A stretch of DNA of 64,000 nucleotides from contig CAVPLU010000010.1 of assembly GCA_963706285.1 (NCBI GenBank), positions 196,087-260,086 of the forward strand. Reading direction: 5' to 3'. Every line of letters starts with the position of its first letter. The first letter of the stretch is position 1. Below the pieces are notes generated by a model, which was given only the letters and a program-made list of their open reading frames with translations, did no database searches and was not told the origin of the DNA. This DNA comes from Candidatus Bathyarchaeota archaeon. GTDB lineage: Archaea > Thermoproteota > Bathyarchaeia > 40CM-2-53-6. This document shows positions 41,494 through 50,154 of this stretch, in pieces. Both the position numbers and the translations under genes were made by a program.

Positions 41494-42042
41494 ATGGCGC
41501 GTCATATGAACAGTGCCGCCGCTGTTGGGAGCCGGAGATCGCGACGACTCACGTTGGCAGTGCTGTTTGCTGTACTGATATTCATCTCGAAGGTCTTGCT
41601 GCCGACGCCATTTGATAAGATGGTTGTCGTGGTTCAAGCGCTCTTTCTCGGCTTGGGTGCAATAATGCTAGCTCCCTTCGGAGCAACCTTAGTCTCTGTG
41701 ATTGCTGGTTTGTTGACTTCTTCTTGGAGGGCCCCATTTGCTCCTTTGACCTTGGGATTTTCCGTACTCTATGGTCTCCTAGTGGATGCGTTTCTGGTGC
41801 TCTTCAAGGTCAGAGTTGAGGATGGAATCGTTCGGATGAAGAGACTTGTCGCCGGGGTTGCCTTAGCCACGGCCGCAACGGGCATGGCGAGCTACTATGT
41901 CACTGTTCACGTTCTATCACTTCTTCCGCGGAACATTGTACTTGAAGTTCTGATCTTACTCGTCGGGATTGTCAATGGTCTAGCTGGAGGTTACTTGGCA
42001 GCAGTGCTATGGAGGAAGGCTTTGCGACACCTCCTCTCCTAG
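41494..42042 (+). CDS. Membrane protein, ECF S-component-like
   Basis: About 180 aa with roughly six TM segments and a GGTGA upstream. The family assignment is by size and topology only. Confidence 0.65.
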   Translation: MARHMNSAAAVGSRRSRRLTLAVLFAVLIFISKVLLPTPFDKMVVVVQALFLGLGAIMLAPFGATLVSVIAGLLTSSWRAPFAPLTLGFSVLYGLLVDAFLVLFKVRVEDGIVRMKRLVAGVALATAATGMASYYVTVHVLSLLPRNIVLEVLILLVGIVNGLAGGYLAAVLWRKALRHLLS

Positions 42043-42351
42043 CTCGACGCAAGATTCGGTTCTGGTTTTCCCAGTTGCTCCCCGCAAATTATTCATGTGT
42101 TCGTGCCGAATCTTGTCTGTGCTTGCCGTTCCACGTGACACACGCCGATTCAATCCTTGATAACAAATCCTCGACTGCCCAATTGAACAATTCCCAGCAT
42201 CTGGAATTTCGATTGCCTGTGGAGCTTACATGTGAAAAATAACGCCGCTGGTTTACGCGTGCTTTCAACATTAACTCCACGCATTATGATGTGTGTAAAG
42301 TGTAACGCGTATGCTGTACTCCTCGTAAGGACATCATGCTGAGGTCTCAAT

Positions 42352-42621
42352 ATGAGCGTGATGTATGCTGGATCGAGTGCGTGGCCAGATTTCGTCTACT
42401 GTCCTGGACATCAAGCGTACGAATACCATGATTACGGATATCCCCATCAGCATTGGTACGTCTATCCTTCTCTTGCTCAATACCCAATGGTTGCTGAGGG
42501 CTGGTCTAGGGTAGAGATGGCTGATAATTGTCAGTACTGCCTTCGACGACTTGACGAGACTTCTGATCCACAGGTGCACTATTGTCCAAACTGTCATACA
42601 TTTCAGTGGCACCGCGCCTGA
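42352..42621 (+). CDS. Small Tyr/His-rich protein with C-terminal zinc ribbon
   Basis: GAGGT upstream of the ATG; CQYC...YCPNC. Confidence 0.6.
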   Translation: MSVMYAGSSAWPDFVYCPGHQAYEYHDYGYPHQHWYVYPSLAQYPMVAEGWSRVEMADNCQYCLRRLDETSDPQVHYCPNCHTFQWHRA

Positions 42622-42977
42622 TCTGCGCCACAGTTGACGGAAAGTTCGAATCGCGACGTTTGACTAGGTTGACCTGTAACCGAGTATGCTCGACCTGACT
42701 AAGCGCAAGATTTGGAGGTCGAATTTGGCGAGCTAATAGTGAAGGAGCTAGCTCGGCATGCGATCAATAAGCCGAATGGGCCTCTGAGTTATGAGAGGTA
42801 TTCGTCCGAGCCATGTCTGACGGTCAATTCTCTTTTTCACAATCTGGCAGGATGACTGCGATTGCCATTATCATAGCGAACTCTGTCAAACCTTGCACCA
42901 CAGTAATTGCTGTGAGTTCGTTGGCTCCTGCAATAGTTCTGTACGCAGATCAACGGACGGTGAGTGGCGTTCGCCCG

Positions 42978-43409
42978 TCACGGTTCACTCACCACTTTCG
43001 GCTCAACTGTAACTTGAGACCTGATTGAGTTCGCAATCAAGCTGTATTTCCGAGCCCAATCCAACGCTTTAGCCACTCGTTCCAGTGACTCACTCTTGAC
43101 CTTGATCACCGGTCGCAGAATCGTTTGTTCGAACGTTGAAGTCCGATCCAGACGCTCAACCACACGACCTTCAGCTTCGCATTCGTAGGAAACCAACTGA
43201 ATCTTCAGTCGTTCAGATGCCCAAATGAACATCAAATGGAAGCACATGTTCAACGCAGCGACAAAGGCATCCTCAGGCGTCATGACGCCGGATTTCCCTT
43301 GTAAAGCAGGTGGCGCCGAGAAAGTCATCCGTGGGCCGTTGCTGCATGTCAACTCGCCGTCATGGCCGCCCGTCCAAACAACCTTCGTCTTGTGTATGCG
43401 GCACTTCAC
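42978..43409 (-). CDS. OsmC/Ohr family protein
   Basis: VVWTGG, APP..G, TPEDAFVAALNMC, and KYSLIANSI where the second Cys is replaced by Ser. Confidence 0.88.
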   Translation of the reverse strand: MKCRIHKTKVVWTGGHDGELTCSNGPRMTFSAPPALQGKSGVMTPEDAFVAALNMCFHLMFIWASERLKIQLVSYECEAEGRVVERLDRTSTFEQTILRPVIKVKSESLERVAKALDWARKYSLIANSIRSQVTVEPKVVSEP

Positions 43410-43822
43410 TTACCTCCAGTGCTCTAGACTCTGGTCGACTTCTTGCGCGATCCTTTCAGCCACCTTCTCAGCCAAGACTAGAGCGTCACTATCCAGCTTT
43501 CGGCGAGCCAGATCTCGAGCAACCGGGACTTCTTTGTCAGGTCGGTTACGACTATTGATGATGCCGGTTTGCCGCTGTAACGTTCGGTGGCGATCTTTGC
43601 ACATTGCTTCTCGCAGCCGTCAACCGTAATGGTCGGATAGCATTTTGCGAATGCTCTCTCTTCTTTGCCGCCTGCAAGAAAAAGTGGAAGGCAGATCGTC
43701 ACGGTCTGGTCAGGCCTGAGTTGCTCCAGGAGCATCCGTGTGGCCACTCGTGAGATGGTTCCCTCAACGCATCCTTCGCCACTGCAAGATATGACGCCAA
43801 CCTTCTTCTCCGGTAGATTCAA
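43410..43822 (-). CDS. DGC-domain putative zinc-binding protein, frameshift near 43530
   Basis: SCSG, ICLP and VDGCEKQCA; the C-terminal helix lies in ORF 43410-43604. Confidence 0.85.
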
Positions 43823-43832
43823 CCATCACCAT

Positions 43833-44246
43833 TCACTTCTCAAGTAACTCGTCCACCTTCTTCGCGATGTCCCTAGCAAGAATTGCCGAGAGTTGCTGAC
43901 CATCGTGATCCAGGAAAGTGACGGTCTTCGGTTTCAGTTTCCTGTTCTCCCTGAGCGCATCAACCACTCTGAAGCTGGCTGCTAGGTCGCCACCTGCAAG
44001 CTTCACGTTCTTCTGTGCACATTGAAGCGGGCACCCGTCAACTGTGATGCATCTATTGTCGTGTATGAGTCGAAGCGTCTCCTCGTCCCCGCTAACGATG
44101 AGGGCAAGACAGGTGGTTTCAGTCACTCCTTTCCTCAGATTGTCGACAACTTCGTAGGTTGCGTCTCTGCCTATGCTGCCCAGCGCCTTGCCGATTCCAC
44201 TGCAGGAGATCACAACTACTTTCTTCTGCGCTGTCGCGGCTTCCAT
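43833..44246 (-). CDS. DGC-domain putative zinc-binding protein
   Basis: SCSG, TCL and VDGCPLQCA. Confidence 0.9.
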   Translation of the reverse strand: MEAATAQKKVVVISCSGIGKALGSIGRDATYEVVDNLRKGVTETTCLALIVSGDEETLRLIHDNRCITVDGCPLQCAQKNVKLAGGDLAASFRVVDALRENRKLKPKTVTFLDHDGQQLSAILARDIAKKVDELLEK

Positions 44247-44248
44247 TT

Positions 44249-44710
44249 CTACCTAGACTCCAGCTTCTTACTCTCGGTCTCCAGTTTCTTGAGCATCAGT
44301 TTGAAGTAGTCGTCAGCGCTCATCAGCGACTTCAGGTCGCCCTCAAGGCTGTGAGGTGTGAGGATGATCAACCAGCCTTCGCCGTAGGGATCTGAATTCA
44401 CCAGCTCTGGCTTGTCGAGGAGCATGTCATTCGCTTTCTCAACCGTCCCTGATATGGGAGAGAGCAGTGAGATGGTTGTTTTCGCAGTTTCCAGAGTCCC
44501 AATCTCCATTTGCATCTGAACAGTTGACCCCGGTTTCACGACGAGATCGACAAATGCAGCATCTCCTCCGGTCCTCTGCAAATAGTCGGTAACGCCAACC
44601 CTGACTTTGGCACCCTCCACACTTGCCCAGAGCCCGTCTTCAGTGTAGTAGTATTCCTTGCGGACTCGAAGCTCGAATTTGTCGAAGACAGTCTGCAGGT
44701 ATTCGCTCAA
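44249..44710 (-). CDS. gcvH: Glycine cleavage H-like lipoyl carrier protein
   Basis: YYYTEDGLW, RVGVTDY, GTLETAK (lipoyl-Lys kept), SPISG and PELVNSDPYGEGW. Confidence 0.93.
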   Translation of the reverse strand: MSEYLQTVFDKFELRVRKEYYYTEDGLWASVEGAKVRVGVTDYLQRTGGDAAFVDLVVKPGSTVQMQMEIGTLETAKTTISLLSPISGTVEKANDMLLDKPELVNSDPYGEGWLIILTPHSLEGDLKSLMSADDYFKLMLKKLETESKKLESR

Positions 44711-44907
44711 GCCATGTCAGCCTCGGTTGAGCGATGTGATTTGCAGGAGAAGCAGTAATCAGTCTCTCTGTTGGTCCAGTACTCCTTATTGCAGTTCGGA
44801 CATGTCGTCTTTCGGAACGGGTCTCTCTTCGGACGAGTCGCACGTAACAGGTCGGTCATTCTCGAAGCGCAAGCACACTGCTTCAGGCTCGGTTCATCCT
44901 TGGACAT
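44707..44907 (-). CDS. Small Cys-rich protein (CxC + CxxC/CxxC)
   Basis: CACA...CPNC...WTNR..YCFSC; its stop overlaps the gcvH start. Confidence 0.75.
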   Translation of the reverse strand: MSKDEPSLKQCACASRMTDLLRATRPKRDPFRKTTCPNCNKEYWTNRETDYCFSCKSHRSTEADMA

Positions 44908-44937
44908 TCCATACCCCTCTTTCCCAGTTCAGGTAAG

Positions 44938-46011
44938 CTAACAGATCCCGCCTTTGCCAACCTTCTGTGCCGGTTTCGCTTCCACCTCGATAACTTGAAG
45001 GTGGTTTCTTCTTCGAAGAGCCATCCAAACTATAGTGAGCATGACAGGAATCTCAATGAGAGGACCCACAACAGTTGAGACAGCTACCATGGGCATCGAT
45101 GCGAAAGCTGTCAATGCTATGGCTATGGCTAACTCGAAGTTACGGCCCGTGCAGTGGAATCCCATCGTTGATGCGTCTTCATAGTTGTAACCCATTCGCC
45201 TCGTTGTATAGTATACTAGGTTGTAGAGCAGAAAGAAGAAGAGTACCACTGGAATGGCCATCTGCCAGATGAGGTTCGGATTATCAATTATGACGCCTCC
45301 TCTCAGAGAGAACATCACCACCATGGTGAATAGAAGCGCCACAAGTTGCATTGCATTATAGTAAGGAATCAGCTTCTTGTTCAGCCACTCCTCAGACTTT
45401 CGCTTTATGACTTCTCTTCGAGTAATCACTCCGAACAGCAAAGGTAAGCCAAGATACAGAAGTACACTCTGACCAATCAGCACGATGTCTATGGCAATGT
45501 AGGTTCCAACAAGCAACGCAATGTACAGAGGCGTCGTGAAGATTTGGATTATTGAGTTCCAAGCCATTAGCACTATTCCAAGCGGTCCGTTGCCCTTGGC
45601 CAAATCAGTCCATACGAGAACCATCGCAATGCAAGGCGCAACACCCAGCAGAATCAGCCCAGTCCAAAGGTACCGCGCGGTCTCAGCAGTAATCAAACCG
45701 AAGTATGGGAGAACCTGTTCAAAGAATATGAAACCGAGAAAGTACAGCAGGAACGGATTAACTGCATAGTTGAAGAATACAATAACGCCGACCTGTCTCT
45801 TACTCTTCAAAGCGTCTTTGAGTTCGCCCAACTCGATCTTGGTCATTGCCGGGTAGATCATGAGAAAGAGTCCAATTGGAATGCCAACCTCAAGATGTCC
45901 TGCAATCTGAGGTGCATATTTTCCAAGAGAGAGGCCAATGATTATGCAAAGGACAATCCACACCGCTAGAAGCTTCTCTATCCAACCAAGACCGCCACGG
46001 CTTTCGCTCAT
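44938..46011 (-). CDS. acr3: Acr3-family arsenite efflux transporter
   Basis: MIYPAM, APCIAMVLVW, NFELAIAIA and VVGPLIEIPVML; start taken at MSESR. Confidence 0.95.
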   Translation of the reverse strand: MSESRGGLGWIEKLLAVWIVLCIIIGLSLGKYAPQIAGHLEVGIPIGLFLMIYPAMTKIELGELKDALKSKRQVGVIVFFNYAVNPFLLYFLGFIFFEQVLPYFGLITAETARYLWTGLILLGVAPCIAMVLVWTDLAKGNGPLGIVLMAWNSIIQIFTTPLYIALLVGTYIAIDIVLIGQSVLLYLGLPLLFGVITRREVIKRKSEEWLNKKLIPYYNAMQLVALLFTMVVMFSLRGGVIIDNPNLIWQMAIPVVLFFFLLYNLVYYTTRRMGYNYEDASTMGFHCTGRNFELAIAIALTAFASMPMVAVSTVVGPLIEIPVMLTIVWMALRRRNHLQVIEVEAKPAQKVGKGGIC

Positions 46012-46016
46012 CGTGA

Positions 46017-46415
46017 TCACGACGTCTCCGTAACCAACGAGATGGTCTTCGTCAGCAACTCTGCAACTTTGGGATTGGACAGTTTGTAGAAGACCCATTT
46101 TCCTTCCTTGCGAGAAGTAACCAGGCTTGATCTCTCGAGAATTCCCAGGTGATGCGATGTGGTCGGCTGCGTCAAGTCTAGTGCAGCCATCACTTCGCAT
46201 GCGCAAAGCTCTTCCTTTGCAAGAAGTTTCAGAATCTTCACGCGGGTACTATCTGCAAGCCCAAAGAATGCTGATTCCAATCGTTTGAGGGTCAGGTCAT
46301 CGATTTCTTTGGCTCTCTTCTTCAGCTGAGAAATTCGTTCGTTAGGTCGACAGGATCCCCGAAGGCCTGAGTCGACTAATCGTCTCAACCTATCCTCGGT
46401 AAGTACCACGCTCAT
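46017..46415 (-). CDS. arsR: ArsR/SmtB family metalloregulator
   Basis: LADSTRVKIL, ELCACE (As(III)-binding-type box), SHHL and RKEGKWVFY. Confidence 0.93.
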   Translation of the reverse strand: MSVVLTEDRLRRLVDSGLRGSCRPNERISQLKKRAKEIDDLTLKRLESAFFGLADSTRVKILKLLAKEELCACEVMAALDLTQPTTSHHLGILERSSLVTSRKEGKWVFYKLSNPKVAELLTKTISLVTETS

Positions 46416-46442
46416 CTGAAATCTTGGTGCAAGACTCAGATT

Positions 46443-46458
46443 CATAGTATTAAATATG
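46443..46458 (-). promoter_or_regulatory. TATA box with overlapping inverted repeat (putative ArsR operator)
   Basis: Minus strand CATA-TTTAATAC-TATG about 30 nt upstream of arsR. Confidence 0.45.
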
Positions 46459-46489
46459 TGGTTTTGGGAACTCCGCGCATCTAATCAGA

Positions 46490-47338
46490 ATGTCTAAGGC
46501 TTATATGCCGACCGATCAAGGCATGATCGCGATCTTCATGACTCAATGTCCGAAATGCGGAAAAGAAATCCCATCTGGTTCACAGTTCTGCGTGAACTGT
46601 GGGGCACCGATTTCCAGTCCCAGTCTTGTTCAGGTGCCGTACAAGTTTGAGATCAAGTATCAGCCCTCCTATTCGATGCTAGTTCTCTCCCTCAATGAAG
46701 GGCAAGTGGTTGTCGCTGAGGCAGGTGCGATGACGTACATGACACCGAATATGCAGGTCAAGACTCGTGCGCGTGAAAAGAGCATTCTTGGCACACTTGG
46801 AATTTCGATTCTTGGCGGCCAATCACTTTTCGTGAACGAGTACTGGCCGAATCAGGGGCAAGGAGAGATCGGACTCGTTTCAGCTCCAGTTGGTGACATC
46901 ATGAAGATCAATGTTGCACGAGATAGAGGCTACATAATTCAGAAATCGGCTTACATTGCCTCCTCGCCGAACGTCAGTCTTGACATACAATGGCAGGGAT
47001 TCACGAAGGGCCTGTTCGGACAAGGATTATTCATGATCAAGACCACGGGAGAGGGAGAACTCTTCATAAATTGTTTCGGCGCGATCGACAAACACGTCTT
47101 GCAGCCAGGCGAGTCACTTGTGGTGGACAACTTCCACCTCGTCGGATTTAGCGACTCATGCCAATATCAGGTCCAGAAGTTTGGAGGATGGAAAGAAACC
47201 CTCCTCAGCGGCGAGGGCTTGGTCACGCAAATCACTGGTCCAGGCGAGGTTCTGATACAAACCAAGAACATACGCGAACTCGTTGAATGGCTCTGGGTAC
47301 TGCTTGAACCAAAAGTACGCTCTACTGCCGCCCGCTGA
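46490..47338 (+). CDS. AIM24 / TIGR00266 family protein with N-terminal zinc ribbon
   Basis: CPKCG...FCVNCG, then AEAGAM, GGQSLFVN, VDNFHLV and SGEGLV...GPG. Confidence 0.9.
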   Translation: MSKAYMPTDQGMIAIFMTQCPKCGKEIPSGSQFCVNCGAPISSPSLVQVPYKFEIKYQPSYSMLVLSLNEGQVVVAEAGAMTYMTPNMQVKTRAREKSILGTLGISILGGQSLFVNEYWPNQGQGEIGLVSAPVGDIMKINVARDRGYIIQKSAYIASSPNVSLDIQWQGFTKGLFGQGLFMIKTTGEGELFINCFGAIDKHVLQPGESLVVDNFHLVGFSDSCQYQVQKFGGWKETLLSGEGLVTQITGPGEVLIQTKNIRELVEWLWVLLEPKVRSTAAR

Positions 47339-47487
47339 CCAAGTGCTGTGCTTTCTCGATTGATGGAATCCGCATGCATTGGACACACTGGCATGTATAA
47401 ACAGAAACATTCGGCCCCTTTCGATTTCAAAAGAAAACCTGCATCTTAATGGATTTCAAATGCGCTATCTTGGGTTCGATGAGTTGA

Positions 47488-47874
47488 TTGTCTATGGGTA
47501 AGGTTGTGCACTTCGAAATACCTGCCGACGATCTATCACGCGCGAAGAAATTCTACAGCACCGTATTTGGCTGGAGGGCGGACGAGATGCCTGAGATGGA
47601 GTATGTAATGATCGGAACCACGGAATCCGATGAAAACGGAATGCCGAAACAGCCAGGCGCCATAAACGGCGGCATGCTCAAACGGCAAGACCCAGTCAGA
47701 CACCCAGTTGTCACAATAGACGTCGAGAACATGGATGACGCACTTGCAAAAGTGAAAAAGAACGGCGGACAGATAGTCCGAGAGAAACTCCCAGTCGGCG
47801 AGATGGGCTTCGCCGCGTATTTCAAGGACTCCGAAGGAAACGTACTCGGCCTCTGGCAAAATTCAGGTAAGTAA
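47488..47874 (+). CDS. VOC / glyoxalase family protein
   Basis: VVHFEIPADD, FYSTVFGW, INGG and FKDSEGN. Confidence 0.92.
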   Translation: MSMGKVVHFEIPADDLSRAKKFYSTVFGWRADEMPEMEYVMIGTTESDENGMPKQPGAINGGMLKRQDPVRHPVVTIDVENMDDALAKVKKNGGQIVREKLPVGEMGFAAYFKDSEGNVLGLWQNSGK

Positions 47875-47957
47875 GCAAGGAACCCGTCGTTCCTTGCACC
47901 GTGGAGCTCCAGGTTTTTCCATGAAATGTAGACTTGTGAACTAGGCCAACGATGAAC

Positions 47958-48788
47958 TCAAGATCGTGGTTTGACACCGCAAACGCTTATGCTCAAGACT
48001 GACCCTGCGAGGTCTTCTATCTCGTCGTGTCGCAGTCCTGACTTCTCAATGATCTCTTTCGCGGCTGGATCGTTACCTATGATTTCCGTGGGAAAAGGTG
48101 TCTCATCAACCGTCCTTATTTCATGAAATCCTGCTAGTCTTATGGTCTCAAGGTATTCTTCTTTCTTGATTGCTCCAGCGATACAACCCACGTATGCTTC
48201 CACCGACTCCCTAACAGCGCTCGGAAGCTCCTTCGTCAAGACCATGTCTGAAATCATGAACCTGCCACCTGGCCTTAGCACTCTGAATGCTTCATTGAAC
48301 ACTCTATTCTTGTTCGGAGCTAGGTTGATGACACAGTTTGAGATAACAACATCAACAGAATTATCTGCCGCTGGAAGGTTTTCGATCTCTCCAAGCCTGA
48401 ATTCAACATTCGCATAGCTTCCTTTCTTGGCATTCTGTCGGGCTTTTTCTATCATGTCAGGGGTCATGTCTACGCCGATGACTCTGCCGTTCTTGCCGAC
48501 TTTGTTGGCAGCAAGGAAGCAGTCGAACCCGGCTCCTGATCCGAGGTCTAGAATAGTTTCTCCTTCTTTCAGTGATGCGATGGCGACAGGGTTCCCACAG
48601 CCCAAACCGAGATTTGCGCCTTGAGGTACCGCTTTGAGATCATCATCTTTGTATCCTATTTCCTTGCTCACATTCTCTGGGCTGCAAGAACAGGCAGTAC
48701 CAGCAGCACAGCAAGACTTCTCCGTTCTAGCTAGTTCTCCGTACTTCTCTCGCACAATCTCTCTAATCTTATCCTCTTTCATTTTCAA
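47958..48788 (-). CDS. arsM: Arsenite S-adenosylmethionine methyltransferase
   Basis: N-terminal SCC, GLGCGNP, LDLGSGAGFD, SNCVINL and GCIAGA. Confidence 0.93.
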   Translation of the reverse strand: MKMKEDKIREIVREKYGELARTEKSCCAAGTACSCSPENVSKEIGYKDDDLKAVPQGANLGLGCGNPVAIASLKEGETILDLGSGAGFDCFLAANKVGKNGRVIGVDMTPDMIEKARQNAKKGSYANVEFRLGEIENLPAADNSVDVVISNCVINLAPNKNRVFNEAFRVLRPGGRFMISDMVLTKELPSAVRESVEAYVGCIAGAIKKEEYLETIRLAGFHEIRTVDETPFPTEIIGNDPAAKEIIEKSGLRHDEIEDLAGSVLSISVCGVKPRS

Positions 48789-48800
48789 ACACTTCTGATC

Positions 48801-49082
48801 CTATTTCTGTAGTATCCCGTTCATCATAGGCCCGAGCATATCTCGCATCATGACTGCCATGTCTTCAACCTTGACCAGCGAGATACAGCAGACTCTTCCT
48901 TGCTTCTCCCAACTCACGACGGCAAACTTGTCTCCAACGCGAACTCCCGCCTTGTCCCTCACGTCCTTCGGAAGCACCATTTGCCCTCTCTCGTCGACAC
49001 TAACTACAGATTCCACCTTGCAGCAACCGAATTCTCCGCCTGATACTGAGCGAGAAGACCTATTCGCGCCTTTCTTAACCAT
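48801..49082 (-). CDS. AbrB-fold HgcAB-associated protein (HgcC-like)
   Basis: CCKVESVVSVDERGQMVLPKDVR...GDKFAVV...CCISLVK. Confidence 0.75.
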   Translation of the reverse strand: MVKKGANRSSRSVSGGEFGCCKVESVVSVDERGQMVLPKDVRDKAGVRVGDKFAVVSWEKQGRVCCISLVKVEDMAVMMRDMLGPMMNGILQK

Positions 49083-49123
49083 CGCCAATCTGGCCCGAAG
49101 AACCACGGCTTGGCAGATAAGGT

Positions 49124-49148
49124 TTCTGATTTTTCAGAATAATCAGAA
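49124..49148. promoter_or_regulatory. Inverted plus direct TCAGAA repeats upstream of hgcC-like/arsM (putative operator)
   Basis: TTCTGA-tttt-TCAGAA-taa-TCAGAA next to a minus-strand BRE/TATA-like GAAACCTTAT. Confidence 0.5.
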
Positions 49149-49334
49149 TCACGGCAGCTGTGTACGTACCAACCGCCATACATAGAACCAAGGAAACTCA
49201 CATCGTATTCGAGCGCAACGCTGGAGCGTTGACTTAGTTCCTCGGATTGAAAGCAGTATAACACTTTATGAATAGTTGCCACCTTGACATCAAATGTGTA
49301 AACGAGGGCGCAGAAGTTAGGAGCTGAACTTGGT

Positions 49335-50090
49335 TTGGATATTGGTGGAAATACGGTCCTCATTACTGGAGGCGCAACTGGCATAGGATTTGCCTTGGCT
49401 GAAAAGTTCGTCAAAGCAGGAAGCGAGGTAATTATCTGCGGGCGACGTGAGACTAAGCTTCAGGCAGCAAAACATGAACTGCCAACGCTTCATATCAGAA
49501 AGTGTGACGTCTCCGTAGAATCAGAGAGGAGAAGCCTGCTCCGTTGGACAAAAACGCGTCTTCCCGACCTCAATATATTGATCAATAATGCGGGAATCCA
49601 GCGGCAGATCGACTTCACATCACCAACAGTGGCCAAGCCGATATCTCGAAAGGACGATGAAGTGGCCATAAACCTCGGGGCGCTTGTACGCCTATGTGCA
49701 CTCTTCACACCAATACTTCTGAAGAGAAAGAAGGCAGCCATCGTGAACGTCTCGTCAGGGCTAGCATTCGTTCCGATGGCAATGACCCCTGTCTACTGCG
49801 CAACCAAGGCCGCCACTCATTCCTTCACAATGTCACTACGCCACCAACTCCGGAACACATCTGTTCGAGTGTTTGAGGCTGCGCCGCCAACAACTGACAC
49901 CGAACTTGACAAAATCTTCGCAGGCGAGGAGGAAGAAGCATACCGAGGAATCAGTTCACGGGAAGTTGCGGCGACAATTATTGAAGGCATGAAGGATGGC
50001 AAGGAACAGATACTTGTCGGTCAAGCGCAGGGCCTCTATCAGGCATCGCTACGGGATCCCGAAGCCATATTCAAACAGTTGAACGACTAG
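49335..50090 (+). CDS. Short-chain dehydrogenase/reductase (DltE-like)
   Basis: TGGATGIG, NNAG, NVSSG and YCATK. Confidence 0.93.
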   Translation: MDIGGNTVLITGGATGIGFALAEKFVKAGSEVIICGRRETKLQAAKHELPTLHIRKCDVSVESERRSLLRWTKTRLPDLNILINNAGIQRQIDFTSPTVAKPISRKDDEVAINLGALVRLCALFTPILLKRKKAAIVNVSSGLAFVPMAMTPVYCATKAATHSFTMSLRHQLRNTSVRVFEAAPPTTDTELDKIFAGEEEEAYRGISSREVAATIIEGMKDGKEQILVGQAQGLYQASLRDPEAIFKQLND

Positions 50091-50154
50091 CCGCTACCTC
50101 TTGTATTATTGCTGCTTCCATTACGGTCACGGATTAAATTGGAGGAATGTTCTC

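Noticed and set aside
44249-44710. Glycine cleavage system operon
   Set aside because: No P, T or L protein genes are in the window, and the context is an ars operon.
47488-47874. ArsI C-As lyase
   Set aside because: It has the VOC fold but no cysteines, so it lacks the vicinal Cys pair of ArsI.
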